Source of the DNA: Euglena gracilis
Lineage: Eukaryota
DNA length: 64,000 bases
Assembly: GCA_039621445.1 (NCBI GenBank)
Contig: CP154954.1
Coordinates: 39,145,816-39,209,815, forward strand
Reading direction: 5' to 3'
The translations under genes were made by a program, and so were the position numbers. A model generated the notes under the pieces. That model saw only the letters and a program-made list of their open reading frames with translations, was not told where the DNA came from and did not search any database. Below, in pieces: positions 51,201 to 63,270 of the stretch. The first letter of the stretch is position 1; the number at the start of each line of letters is the position of its first letter.

Positions 51201-53267
51201 ATTTAAAGGGATTTTTGGGATTAGCCCAATACTACGCGATTTACATGAAAGATTTCGCGAAAATCGCGGTACCCCTAACCCGACAACTTAAAAATCGGAC
51301 ACCCGATAACGCAAAAGTCATTTGGATAACCAAATGCGCGAGGCCTTGAATAAAATCAAGGACTTGCTCCTCGAGAACGTGGTTCTCGATATCGCGGATC
51401 CATACAAGCCGTACGTCCTGGAGGTCGACAGCAGCGATTACGCTGTTGGCGGTGTTCTTAGCCAGCATAATGCGGCAAATGAACTCCGACCTGTGGCTTT
51501 CTTCAGCAGGAAGCTACAGGGCGACAATGGGAAAGGACAGGTTAAATGGAGCATTCGCGAAAAGGAGACATATGCCATTGTGCTAATTCTCCAGAAAATC
51601 CGCAGCTGGATAGCCAGCAGCCTGGTCCAGATACTGGTGTTGACGGATTATGAGAGCCTTCAACACTGGTATACCGAGGACCTGAACAAGGCCATGTCAT
51701 CAGTGGGCAGAAGATGCCGATGGCATGAGTTCTTGAGCCAGTTTAACCTGGTGGTAGTATATACCCCAGGTCATACGCAAAAAGTGGCGGATCCTCTCAG
51801 CCGAGCCCCCTGGTATTATCCTGGGAACCCGGATGAGGGTGATGCGACTTTTCATGGCAGCCATGGGGCTGACCAGTTCGCACGTCGATCCGACGCTGTG
51901 GACAACATTCTCGATTCACTAGCCGTTTCCCAGGTGTATCGCAGCATTGCCATTTCACCATTGCGTGGAAGGCGCCGGCGTGGACGCACTGCCGGACCCC
52001 GTCGCATTACGCGTACGGAAACTCCTACCCCCCTATTTTTCCGCGAATGGGATTATTCGCGTGACCCTGTATATAGTACCATTGTGAATGGACTTCGTAA
52101 TGGTGAGTCCATAGAGAATTACTCTCTATCACCATTGCGACTTATTTTCCGAAATGATTCTGGTTATAAATATTGTATACCCCAAGACCTGGTTGATGAT
52201 GTGATTTTGAGCTATCACAACCATGGTCACCCTGGGGCCCCCAAACTTCTTTCACTGGTGGGTCGCAGGTATTGCACAACCCTGAGTGAAAAAGATTTAT
52301 ATTCGCGCTGTTTGCGAATTTCGCAACGGTGCCAAATTTGTCAGGCTGTGAACCCGCGCAGAGGTACCCCCCCTGGTACGATGGATTTTTTCCCCGTACC
52401 ACCGGACATTTTTACGTCCCTCTGCATGGAGTTTCTGGAACTTGAACCTTGCAAAGGATCAGATGACAAAATTTACGATTACGTTTTCGTTGTCGTCAGT
52501 CGGCTGAGTGGGTATATAGTAGCCATTCCATGCCGGAAAGCAGGGTTGACAGCCCAAATTTTGGCATCCATATTCCTGGAGAAATGAATCTGCTTAATGG
52601 GTTTACCGAACGAAATCGTGAATGATCAAGATCACTTGATCTCTTCGCGGTTTTTCACGACTTTGTGCGTTTTACTCGGCATTGAGCAGCATTTGTCCAT
52701 TATATACCGCCCGAAAGGCAACGGTGGAGCTGAGGCAGCCGTGAAATCCGTTGTCAATATGCTTCGCCTTTCACTGGCTGACTCGGGTAAGAATTGGATA
52801 TCCATTCTTCATTGGTGTTTATTTTACATCAATACCTTGCCAGGGTTGGTATTACCACACTCACCGTACGAAATTGTTTTCGGACGAGACCCTCCGGCCA
52901 CAGGGGATATCCCCTCGGAGAGACCCGCCCGAAGTAGTGTTAGCTGTGAAACGTGGTTTGCAGAAGTGGAATCACTCCGCTCTGCAGTCCAATCACGTAT
53001 CACAGAAATTCATTCCAACAAACGGAAATCGTTTTTACAAAATTTCAACACACCTGTGTATAGTCCAGGTGACCGCGTGTGGGTACGGAATAACCGCACC
53101 CGCATGCAATCTTCCAAGCTACGTCCTCTTCGGCTCGGCCCATGCGAAATTTTGGACAGGTTAGGAAGTAGCGGGCGATATAAAGTTGCCTTGCCCAACG
53201 GGATTGAGGACGTCCATATGGACGATTTCAAACCGTACCTAAACCCCCTAGACGGAAAAGCTATCCC
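48282..53267 (+). mobile_element. pol: Second copy of family A (5'-truncated, internally deleted): gag fragment, PR, Dam-like MTase, RT, RH, IN
   Basis: Near-identical reverse complement of the A internal region; LLIDTG, LNPPP, YIDD, VDSSD and CQIC motifs; interrupted at 53267 by LTR C. Confidence 0.95.
49890..50310 (+). pseudogene. Dam-like DNA methyltransferase domain, second copy (open in one frame)
   Basis: IDAFSS at 49977-49994; NPPP at 50079-50090; KLIPDVVEKVLRDEARGALLIPANPNADWF...WWDLP. Confidence 0.78.
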
Positions 53268-53956
53268 TGTTGGGGGGTCCGGGAAACCTGCGGGAAGAAC
53301 ACCCACTCCGCTGAAGGGGGGGGTGAGGCTTCCCGTGGTAAGTCCACTCAGCCCGCGAACAACGTGAAGAGTGAGGAGAAGGGCAGGTCCTTGGGTGCCT
53401 CCTGCCGAGGCGGAAGAAATGTGCCTCTGGGCATCCCCACGGGAGGGGGGGGGGAATTCAAGGTCTGTCTGAGCGCTGAAAAGGGGGGGGGAGTGTGTGT
53501 GCGAGGAGTCGCTATGACCGCACATAGCCCCTGCGCCTCCCGAAAGGTGAATGACCGTTTGTTTGCAAGCTTGTGCGAGCCAGTGTGTGATCCTGTGGTT
53601 GGTTAAACTGGCCTGTGATCTGGAATGACAGGGGAGAAATATCTTTGCACTTCGGATTTTTCTTCCAGGTTGAAAGTTGGGTTCTCACATACGGAATAAT
53701 GACCAGATTCATTTTCCAGGGTGTGGGACCTGGCGGACAGGGCGCAGGAAGAGAGGAGGGAACGACGCCATCATCATCACGGCGGGTAGCACAGCTTCAC
53801 CCAGACCGTGCCCCGGGACCAGGGATATGTCTCTTTTGGCCCTCGCCACAAGGAGAAACTCCTCATGACTCCCTGTGCGGCCACAGGTCGCCGGTAGATA
53901 CTATGGGTGTAAAGTACATAAAGGTTGTACGGAGTGCCGTGCCCGTCCCGAGGTCA
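53268..53956 (+). repeat. 5' LTR of element C (right boundary inferred)
   Basis: First ~350 bp match 63654-64000; ends ...GGTCA one base before TGG. Confidence 0.75.
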
Positions 53957-54202
53957 ATGGTTAGAGGAAAATGGGAAAGTCCCATCTTCAAAATATACGG
54001 CGGGTGGGGGAGGTGGGGGGGGAGTGTGTGCTTTGCTTGCCACTGTTGGCGTGTTTGTGTCATTGGCTGATTGGCTGATTTGTGCCTGGGGTGGTTTCAG
54101 AGCCGTCCGAGAGTGGAGGTGAGAAAGCTGGCCTCATGGCCATTGCTCTGTGTGGGCCACCGAAGGTGGTAGAGGTGGTCGGTGCACTGTATGAAGTCAC
54201 AC

Positions 54203-57200
54203 TCAAAAGTACGGGTAATGCGTACCACCGCTATTGCAATCAAGTAGTTGCTCAGGGCACTGTCCCCATGCCAGTTGTCTTGCCAGCTCGCGCATCAAAG
54301 CCATTCCAAGTCCCTGCCATGCACTGGCCTCCACACCCCGCCTCTCCCAGCCGTTATGTTGGCTTGTTTGGTGGCGGATGCATGTGGAGACGAATCCTTG
54401 GCCTGCTTCACTCATGCCACCGTAGCAGTCCATCACCAGTGGGATAAATTTCCAGCCTCGTCGCTTGCAAGGGTCCCCATACTTGGCGATTTTGTCTTCT
54501 TCCTGTCGAATGTGCCAATTTTCCACCTGAGCTGGAGGTGACCTGGAGGGTGCTAGTGGGTGTCTAACTGTGACATCAATGGCTGCGGGTCCATTTGCGT
54601 CAAATCGAGTGATGAAAACATCACCCGGTCGAGTTCCGTCCTCAGCTTTTTCTTCTCGACGTGCAGGAAAGCCAGCTCGCTGTGCCAGGTTCAGGACAAA
54701 GCTTTGCACTGCCCCGTGCCGCCGAACGAGGTTGTTACGGTGGCAGCAGACGAGGTGGTGGCTGGCTGTGTCAAGTGGGCTCATGCATCGTGGACATCCA
54801 GGAGAGTGGCTCTCTTCTGTTTTTACCACAGGAGCGCCAAGCGTCCATTGGGGGAGGGCAACAAATTCTTTCGTGGGAACAAGGGTTTTTGTGCCAGCAG
54901 AGGGCACTGCACACGTCCAGGCCATGGCACGAGGCCTTGTTTGGCAGGAAAATCGAATGGCATCGGATCCGGACAGGGACTTTTGCAGTTTCTTTTGGTG
55001 CAGCGTTGAGCAGATGTTCCCCCAGTGTTTCTGTGACACCATTTCTCGTGGTAGTTGGGTTGCACGGGTGGAGTCATCTGTTAAGGCCTGCAGGGGTTGA
55101 CCTTCAACTCCAAAGATCTTCAGCAATGTCAGTGCGGAGTCAAAATCTGGTGGTTTCATATTGCGGATTACGAAGTCCGGAAATCCCAACAACGTTTCAG
55201 CCCTTTGGAGGAAGTCCAATTGTGCTGACCACCGTGCAGCGAGTCGGCATTCCTGCGGATCCTTAACTCCTAGTCCCCCCAAACGGGTGGCAAGGTGGCC
55301 TGTGACCACTGGTTGTCATCAACTGGTGCTGTCATGATGCAACTCAGCGTGTTTCGTAAACAGTGGCTCAGCAATAAGCATTGGTCCCCAGCAAGCGGCA
55401 GTGGAGTTCCCCTCAATAGGCCATTGATGCAACATGCATCCAAACATTGACGCAAAAGGGTGTACTGGACATGGGCACTTGGCACAAGCTGTAGGAGATT
55501 GCATGCCTTCAGAACCATTTCGACTCGTGGAGCCCAAACAGTGGAGGCGAACGCCCCCCCTGCTAGGTGGCAGACTGGCAGTCCAAGGACCTTGAGGCCA
55601 CTTGCTTCAGAATATTCCTGCACCGGAATTTGTTGGAGCGGGGTTGTGTTGGTTGGGAGGCTGGACCATTCCATTCCAAAGGCAGGTCCCCACAACCGAC
55701 ACTTGGATATATTCAGGGAATCCCCAATGAGGGGTCCTTCACGCAGAATGTATCGGACTGCTGTTTCCAGTTGTGCTGGGGTACCCACGAGATGGGCATC
55801 GTCCAGGTACCATGCTTGCCATCCGACCAGCTCACCCACTTTTTCAACCAGATTTTGAACAGCAATTGCGAACGCCGCAGGACCACATGGATCACCTTGT
55901 TGCACACCACTTTTGCTGCGGAAGGAGGTTAACCCACAGTACAAAGTGGAATGCTCACTGTAGCAGCTCTCCATCCATGCTGTCATCTCAGGGCAACGTT
56001 CTCGAACAGCGTCCAGCATACCCTCACGGCGCAGGCAGTTGAAGGCATTTGCAAAGTCTAATTGCAACACACCCCAATCCTGAGCACCTGTGTGATGGAG
56101 ACAGCCGACAAGCTGCTGAAGCCCAATGGCGACAATGGAACAGGGATCAGAATGGCCAACGCCAAATTGTCCAGGCAGATTGTTGCGAACTGCTGTTCTC
56201 ACCACTTCCTGTCTCATGATCACTTTTCCTACCAGCCGACGTAGGCATTCGCCCGCTGATATGGGCCTGGTTCCCTCTTCTTCTGGAGCAGGTGGGCATT
56301 GGTTGCCGAAATCATCGGTGTTTTCGGCTGCTTTCACTTTTCGCAAGGCTGTCAGTCTGGCTGCTGCCATGATTGCGGCAGGTCCTTTTGGCAAACCACT
56401 GTCAATGGTGCGATAACAGAAGGTTGTGAGTTCGTCCAAAAGGTCATCTGCATGGCAACCTGCATCATGCCCCATCAAACACCGAAGGTGGTCGGGCCTC
56501 AAGCCAGAGGGGCCTGGTGAGGATTCTGGGCCAAAGCTGAAGACTGCCTTTCGCACTATTGTCCGGCGTTGTTGCATGTCTTCCTCAAGAGTGGCAGCTG
56601 GTAGCCAACGTCTCATGGTCGTTGGGCCAAGTCCAGGAGGCGGTTCATGTGGATGTAATTGCCGGAGGCGTTCACGTACCAAGTGGTTGTCGGGATTTTG
56701 AACACCATCGGAAGTCAACAGGTTGCACGCTTTGGATACAGCACCCCTGCCGACCAGTCGTTCTAGTCTGGAGACAAAATCCTCTTTTGTTACTTCTTCC
56801 TCTTTCGGGGCAGCCAGTCTAGTACGTGGTCTCTTTCGTGCGTTAGTTTCTTCCACTGGAGGACAAGTGTCCTTCCAACTCTCCAGCGTCGGGCGGCTTA
56901 GGTATTGTCGTGCTCGAGCCTGCAGGATGTGGCCAAGACGTGCCCAGTGACCGCGCCCACCACGGCCAAAGGGTGCCAACACTGCCTTTGGGAAGCACCA
57001 AAGGGCGTGCATGGCTTCCCAGGTGCTTTGTTCGTTCAGGCGGCGCAAGAGTGTGCAATAGACCTCGGCCACTGCTTGGATGGCCCCGCGAGGGATAAGG
57101 CTGATTGACCCACGAAGATCGTGGGCGATTTCTTCCCAAGTTGGATGAAGGTCAGGGCATGGTGATGAGAGGGGGTGGGATGCGGCATCAATGTTCATTG

Positions 57201-57963
57201 CGACGCTGTGTGGCAATGGGGCCGAGGCAGGGTTCAAAGGCTGTTCGCTCTGAGCTGGGTCACCCCCAATGAGGTCCAGAAGGAGCTGTTGTAGATTCCG
57301 GCCACCTTGCGAAGAGGTTTCCAAGAGTGGGGCAAGAGTGGGTGGGACCGAGGCAGTTGCCATCAAGAAGCCGACAGCCCTCGCTGGATCCTCGCTGAAG
57401 TCAATTTCAATCTGTGGGGGTACTGCGGGGCCTGGGTTTGGCTGAATGTCACCACAGGACAAAATTCCTTCCCCGCGCCCCAAGCGACTGTGGTGACCGG
57501 TGCAAGTGCTGGGGTTTTGCCGCTTCTTGGTGGGCATGCGTTTGGGCCAGCTATCCCTTTTCCTTTGAAACTCCAGTTCCGGGGGTCTGCAGGAAATGGG
57601 CGGTTGGGGCTCTGGGGTTATTCCGGTTGCGTGGAGGAAAGTGTGTCTGGCAGCTTTTGGGGAAACAGAGGCTTTGACTTTCTGTGTCGCTTGGGTGGCT
57701 TTCAGCAAATTGGGCCTGGCAGTTTTGAGCAAAATGGAATCTCCAGGGGTTTGCAGAGCACTTTTTGGTTCCCAAAACTGCAGAGTGGGGTTTTGGGGAA
57801 CAAGGGAACAGTATCTGACAGTTTTGGGGCTCCATGTCAGCAGAACCAGCTTGTGACCATGGGGGTTTTGGGTGCTTGGTGGGTTGGTGGGTCGGGGTGT
57901 GGATGCTGCAACTTGAAATGAGTGCAAAAGTTTTTCCCTTGTCAGGTGAGCAAGTGCACACAA
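54203..57963 (-). pseudogene. Single ORF encoding RT-RLE (one frameshift near 55290)
   Basis: SPGPSGLRPDHL, RPISAGECLRRL, QFGVG, LDFANAFN, GVQQGDPCGP, WYLDD, LKVLG; CPRC...HHLVC, RRH, RPGD...IDVTV, EEDKIAKY. Confidence 0.92.
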
Positions 57964-58025
57964 AAAGAAGAAGAATGTAAATGTGTCCCAGGCGACAAAT
58001 AGAAACAGACAACAAATGTTTGAGG

Positions 58026-58181
58026 GGGCCTTTTCAGGCCCAGTGGCAGGGGGGGCCTTTTCAGGCCCAGTGGCAGGGGGGGGGGGGCCTTTTCAGGCCC
58101 AGTGGTTGGGGGGGCCTTTTCAGGCCCAGTGGCTGGGGGGGCCTTTTCAGGCCCAGTGGCTGGGGGGGCCTTTTCAGGCCC
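58026..58181 (-). repeat. Six tandem 27-bp units, each containing a GGGCCT-GAAA-AGGCCC hairpin
   Basis: Hairpin copies start at 58026, 58053, 58085, 58112, 58139 and 58166. Confidence 0.95.
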
Positions 58182-58491
58182 AAGGAAACCAGATAAACTG
58201 TAAAGGCCTCAGCAGGCCACAAGGGCTGAGAAGCCCTGGACAGCATGATGGGCTTCTGCAGCTTCTCACCACCACTGGCCTTGACTTGTACTTGGCTGGT
58301 AAAACTTGTACCCCAGTGGTAGCTTGTACATCTGTCGACCTGCTCCGGGAGACTTCTGGTCTTTTCTTCCATGTCGGTCTCCACGTCTTATACTTCACTT
58401 GAACTTGAACTTCACCAGGGACTTCAAACTTGCCCAATACTTGTAACTTGAACCCCTCCAGGGGATTTCACTTCTCGGCCATGTGATATGT

Positions 58492-58517
58492 CGAAAAAAA
58501 ATAGACACCAAGAAAGA
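58492..58517 (-). other. Euglenid-type spliced-leader exon relic
   Basis: Minus-strand TCTTTCTTGGTGTCTATTTTTTTTCG versus the Euglena SL as I recall it, ACTTTCTGAGTGTCTATTTTTTTTCG (23/26); not followed by a GT donor. Confidence 0.8.
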
Positions 58518-58889
58518 CGCCAAAGGTAGGGAGTGCCTTGGCATAGGCTCCTATCCTAATCTGTGGCCATTCCTAATCAGTAACCTTCCAATAACCCAGC
58601 CAGCACATGCATAAGTGTGAAAAGGGCAGTGGGCAGTATTGGGAGGTGGGAATTGGTATTGCGCATATTCTCATTGAGTTGCCCGCGTTCTGCACATTTG
58701 TTTTCATGTTCCACTTTCCACAGTGGGTTTCCCAGTTTTCCAAGTTTCTCAAACATGCAAGTTGTCAAGATTCTTGGACTATGAAACATCATTGAAAGAA
58801 GTCAAGGAATTCAATCAAAGACATTGTCAGAAGTTGAAACTGCGGTAACATTCATTGGCTGAACGGTCACTCGTGAACATCCATCTCCT

Positions 58890-61800
58890 TTGTTTTGTTG
58901 GTTGCGAAGTCAGGTTGTTTTGCCTGTTTGTTTGGGTTTTGTTTTTCCAACACAGACCTTGAAATATCCAGAAACAGTCTGGAAATGTTTCATCCGGGAG
59001 TGTCGGGGGTGTGGGGTCGGGAAGGAATCCAGAGGGCGGGGAATTTCCTCCCCCCCCCTGGACATGACAATGGGCATGGGTAGGAATCAGGGACCTGAGC
59101 CTACCCTGGTTTTGCCAAAAAGGGAACCCCAAGAAGATCCTGAAGGGATTCGAGTTTGGGTTGGATCCCCTGAAACTGAGGTGGGAAATAAAGATCCTAA
59201 GCCGCCGGAGGTCAGCCCCGGGTTCCCCCCCGCGGGGGCGGACACGTGGTGGGCGTCCCGCGTTAACATGGTAGCAGGGGTTTGTGATTCGACCACGTCC
59301 GTTAACATGGTCGCACAGGTTTGTGACTTGAACATGTCCGTTCACATGGTCACAGATGTTGGTGCAAGTATTGTGTCCTTGGACAAGGTTGCACAGTTTG
59401 ATGCAGTGATTTTGTCCCTGGTGGACATGTTTTCAGCAGGGATTTATCCAATTGACATGATCCCTTTGGAGGTAATTGTGGAAGGGTCAATTTTGCCTTT
59501 GCCAGAAAGACAAATTTCCTTTTTCCTTGCCCCATCACCTTCAATGGTTCAAGACACCCCCACCGAATTATCTGTGAATTCCCAGGTGCTGCGAGAGGGC
59601 CTAGAGGACCGAGGCCCTGGCCTGGAGGCCACAAATCCAATTGGCCGAGGACCGAAATATTATCAATTGAACGAGGAAGGCCGACGGGATCAGAAGCCCA
59701 GCAAGCAAGACGACGAAGTTGCAAGGTGTGACGCTGGTGTTCAACAATTTTCAGTCCCAGGGGGTCTGGAAATTAGGGGGGCTGAGTCGCAATTTATGAT
59801 TGGAATTGCACAGCCCAGCCCAACGCCAGCTCAGTGCCAGCCACAGCCAGCAGAAATGAGTCAGCTAGTTTTTGCCCACGAGAGTTTGGGAGTTGCAGCC
59901 CGTTTGCAATTTCAATTGGGAATTGCACAGCCAAACGCAGGGCCAGCCCAGCCCCAGCCAGCAGTTGGGGGGGCAGCCCAACCCTAGCCAGCAGTCGGGG
60001 GGCCAGCCCAACTCCAGCCAGCTGCAGAAGGGATAGCTCAGCCAGCTGCGCAGGAGTCAGTCCAGCCCCAGCCAATCATGCACGGGCCAGCCCAGCCCAT
60101 CATGCAGGAGCCGGCCCAGTCAACCGGCCAGCAGTTTTTGGGTCCGAGGAGCCCAGAAATTGCAGTGCCCCAGCCAATCATGCACGGGCCAGCCCAGCCC
60201 GTCATTCAGGAGCCGGCCCAGTCAACCGGCCAGCAGTTTTTGGGTCAGAGGAGCCCAGAAATTGCACTGTCCCAGCTAATTATGCATGGGCCAGCCCAGT
60301 GAATGATGCAAGAGCCAGCCAAGCCCATCATGGGGCCAGCCCATCCCATGATGCGAGAAACAGCCCAGCCCATCACGGGGCCAACCCAGCCCATGATGCA
60401 AAAGCCAGCCCAGCCCATTATGCAATTGCCAACCCAGCCCATCGTGCAATCGCCAACCCGGCACCGGCCAATTGTCGTGGGGCCAGCCCAGCAGCAGTCA
60501 GTGGTCGACAGCTCAGCTCAGCCACAGCCGACTGTCGACAAGCTAGACCAGCTCCAGTCAGTTACACAAAAGACAGCTCAGCCGACCAGCCAGCATTGTT
60601 TTGGTGAAAATGGTCTGGGATTGGCAGAGTTGGGGAGGGTCCATGGGCCAGTTTCAGAGAAGCAATTTCAACTGGGAAGTGCATGTTCAAATAATCATAG
60701 TCCGGCCTCTCCCCAATCAGTTGCCCCAGAGTCAGTGCGGTCAGCCGGTGAACAAGCTTCAAGTCCAGTCGTGGAGCCAGAATCAGAATTGCAATTTCAG
60801 GCAGGGTTTGCAATGTCGGCAGGGACGGCAGGCACAGACGTCAGTCCTGCTGGCTGAGCCAACAGAATGCGTCTGGCTTCTGAAAGGGTGGAAACATTTC
60901 GTGCGGAGGCTGAAAATTGCAAGAAAAAGAGGTTGGCATAATCTGAAATGTTGCGGTCTTGTTCGGATCGCATGCATTCTCTGATGGAATTGGGTGAGCA
61001 ACTTCCGAGTCACAGTCCACCTGGTCTTTTTTCCCCAGCCACCCCTTCTGCGAGTTCACAAGACATGTGTCACGTGTCGAGTGGGCAGGGGGCAGCCCAG
61101 CCCTTGCCAACTCAGCCCCAGCAAGCTGCAGGGGGGCCAGCCCAGCCAGAACCGACGGCTCGGCCAGAACCGACAGTTCAAGAGCTAGTCCAGTGGGGCA
61201 GCCAGCAGAATTTCAATCTTCCATCCAGTGAATGTCCTGCCGTCACAGGACGATTTCCTGTGATAGGAATCGGGGCGAAGGCAGCAGGGAGGGGGGAGGA
61301 TTTAGTGGGGGTTGAGGCCGAACCCCAGCCCCCCATTCCATTGGTTTCAGCTTTGCCCAAACCCACCGCGAGTTTGATAGCACAGCCCAGCATGCCCACC
61401 GGGGGTTCGGGAAACCCACAAGATTCCCCTGGGTGGGACAGGTCTTGGGCAGAGTCGGGCATAGAATGTGTCACGCATGTAGCAGACGCTCGGACAGCAG
61501 TGTTGATTCCCCATATCAAGATCATGGGGGGTCCGCAAGGGGATTTGCCGACGGCACATCCTCCCCCACCACCGTTGGGTGCCCAGGAGTTCCCGTGGGA
61601 ATGGGGGGGAGAGTCGATTTTTCTGCCATCAGTGACTCTGAGTCCAGTGTTTGATGGGGGGAATGAAGATTTTCGCACGAGGCTGAAAATCGTTGATTTG
61701 GGAGCCAGAACCCCCCACGCACAGCCAATTTTGGGCACGTCCCTTGGGACTTTTGCAGATATGTTTGGGGTCTGCCACGTTTCGGGATCCCTTAACAGCC

Positions 61801-61934
61801 CAGTTCAGCTGACAGGGAGATCAGAGTGCATCAAGGAGGGTGATTGTCAAAATGAGAGGGCAGGATTGTGTACTCGCCCAAAAAGGAAAAAGCCAGCACC
61901 AGAGAGGGGGGGGGCCCTGCAAAGGCCTGAGTAG
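58890..61934 (+). pseudogene. Element C internal Gln/Pro-rich ORFs (gag-like position, no recognisable domain)
   Basis: Tiling plus-strand ORFs 58890-59987, 59834-60607, 60303-60857 and 60948-61934, with internal 39-bp and 102-bp repeats. Confidence 0.45.
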
Positions 61935-62832
61935 GGGGGTCGCAGCCCTGTGGGGGCAAGTGTTGTGCAGTCTCGACTCCAGGTGAGGAGTTGAGAGGTG
62001 TTGTCCGTCATTTTGTTTGCTTTGTCCATGCCCGGTGAAGAATCTGTGAAAGTTGAAGAAAGCTCGCCCAGCGGGGGGAGCATCCAGCTTGTGTTGAGTC
62101 CCCCAGGGGGGAGACACTTGGCTTACATGAAGTCTTCCCAGCAGGGAGACCCGTTTTTTTGGCGAGTCCTCCCACGGGGGGGGGGGACACCAACCGATGA
62201 AAGGGGCCTCTGGGGGGAAGGCAACTGTTTTCAGGGAGTCCTCCTAGTGGGGGGGGTCTTCCGGTGGTCAGTCCTCCCGGGGGGGGACACCAACCGAGGA
62301 AAGGGCCTGAGGTGGCTGTGACCTTGACAACCCCAGGTGGTGCAGCTTGAGAAACAGCATTTGGTGGTTGTGAACTTCTGGGGAGGGAGTTCACCCATCC
62401 TGGAGCAAGGTTGGCGTGCAACCATGGACCTGGGGTGGGCATCGAAGATTGTCGATGGGGCATTCTTGTGTGGTTGGTTCTGCAGCTCTTCCGAGTTGGA
62501 TTGTATGTTGTGCCCATTTGGGGATCTTGTGTTGGGTGACGTGTAAAAGTTTGATTTGAAGTTCGGTTCAAACATGAAGTCCTTATTCCCCTGGAGGAGG
62601 GGACCCTGCTGAGCTCAGGATGCAGAAAAGGTGAGGGCCGGACTTCAAAGGGTGCCAAGACTGGGGCTGGTGAATAGGGAGTCCCCACCCCGCCTGCTGA
62701 AGCAGGTCGGAGTGAAAAGGGTGCGACCCCTCCAGTCCTTCAGTTTTACAATTTTTCCGGAGTTGGGATCTGTGATGTGCTCAAATTCGGTGGAGACTCG
62801 GATTCAGAACCGAAGCACGCAAGGAATAAAGA

Positions 62833-63270
62833 AACCTTCCTGGGGGAGGGGGTCCCGAGAGCACCCCCTGCCCGACCCAGTGGCCACCGGAATCAGAACC
62901 CCCGGAGGACGATGGGGGGGGGCCATGCGGGAAGCAGGGCTGTGGGTGAAAACCCTAACGGCAGGTTTCGGGTTCACCTGTGAAAACCCCACCCTGTGAC
63001 CAGAATGGTGTGGTGAACGTGATGGCCTCCCTGGAGGGAGGCATCCGGCGAACCTTCCTGGTGAGGGGGTCCCGAGAGCACCCCCTGCCTGACCCAATGG
63101 CCAACGGAGTCAGAACCCCCGGAGGACGATGGGGGGGGAACCATGCGGGAAGCAGGGCTGTGGGTGAAAACCCTACCGGCAGGTTTCGGGTTCACCTGTG
63201 AAAGCCCCACCCTGTGAGCGGAATGGTGTGGTGAACGTGAACGGAGGCACCCGGCAAACCTTTCCAGGCG
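62833..63270. repeat. ~218-bp tandem duplication in the 3' region of element C
   Basis: AACCTTCCTGG...GAACGTGA at ~62833-63022 and ~63051-63240. Confidence 0.9.

Larger units (their letters stand above)
54001..58517 (-). mobile_element. RLE-type non-LTR retrotransposon (CRE-clade-like), apparently full length
   Basis: RT plus C-terminal Cys/His and restriction-like endonuclease motifs; spliced-leader-like 5' end and C-rich 3' end; no TSD found. Confidence 0.88.

Noticed and set aside
53985-54001. Minus-strand CGTATA after the CRE-like 3' end, as a possible SL intron start
   Set aside because: Too short, no duplicated SL exon, and the flank is explained by element C.
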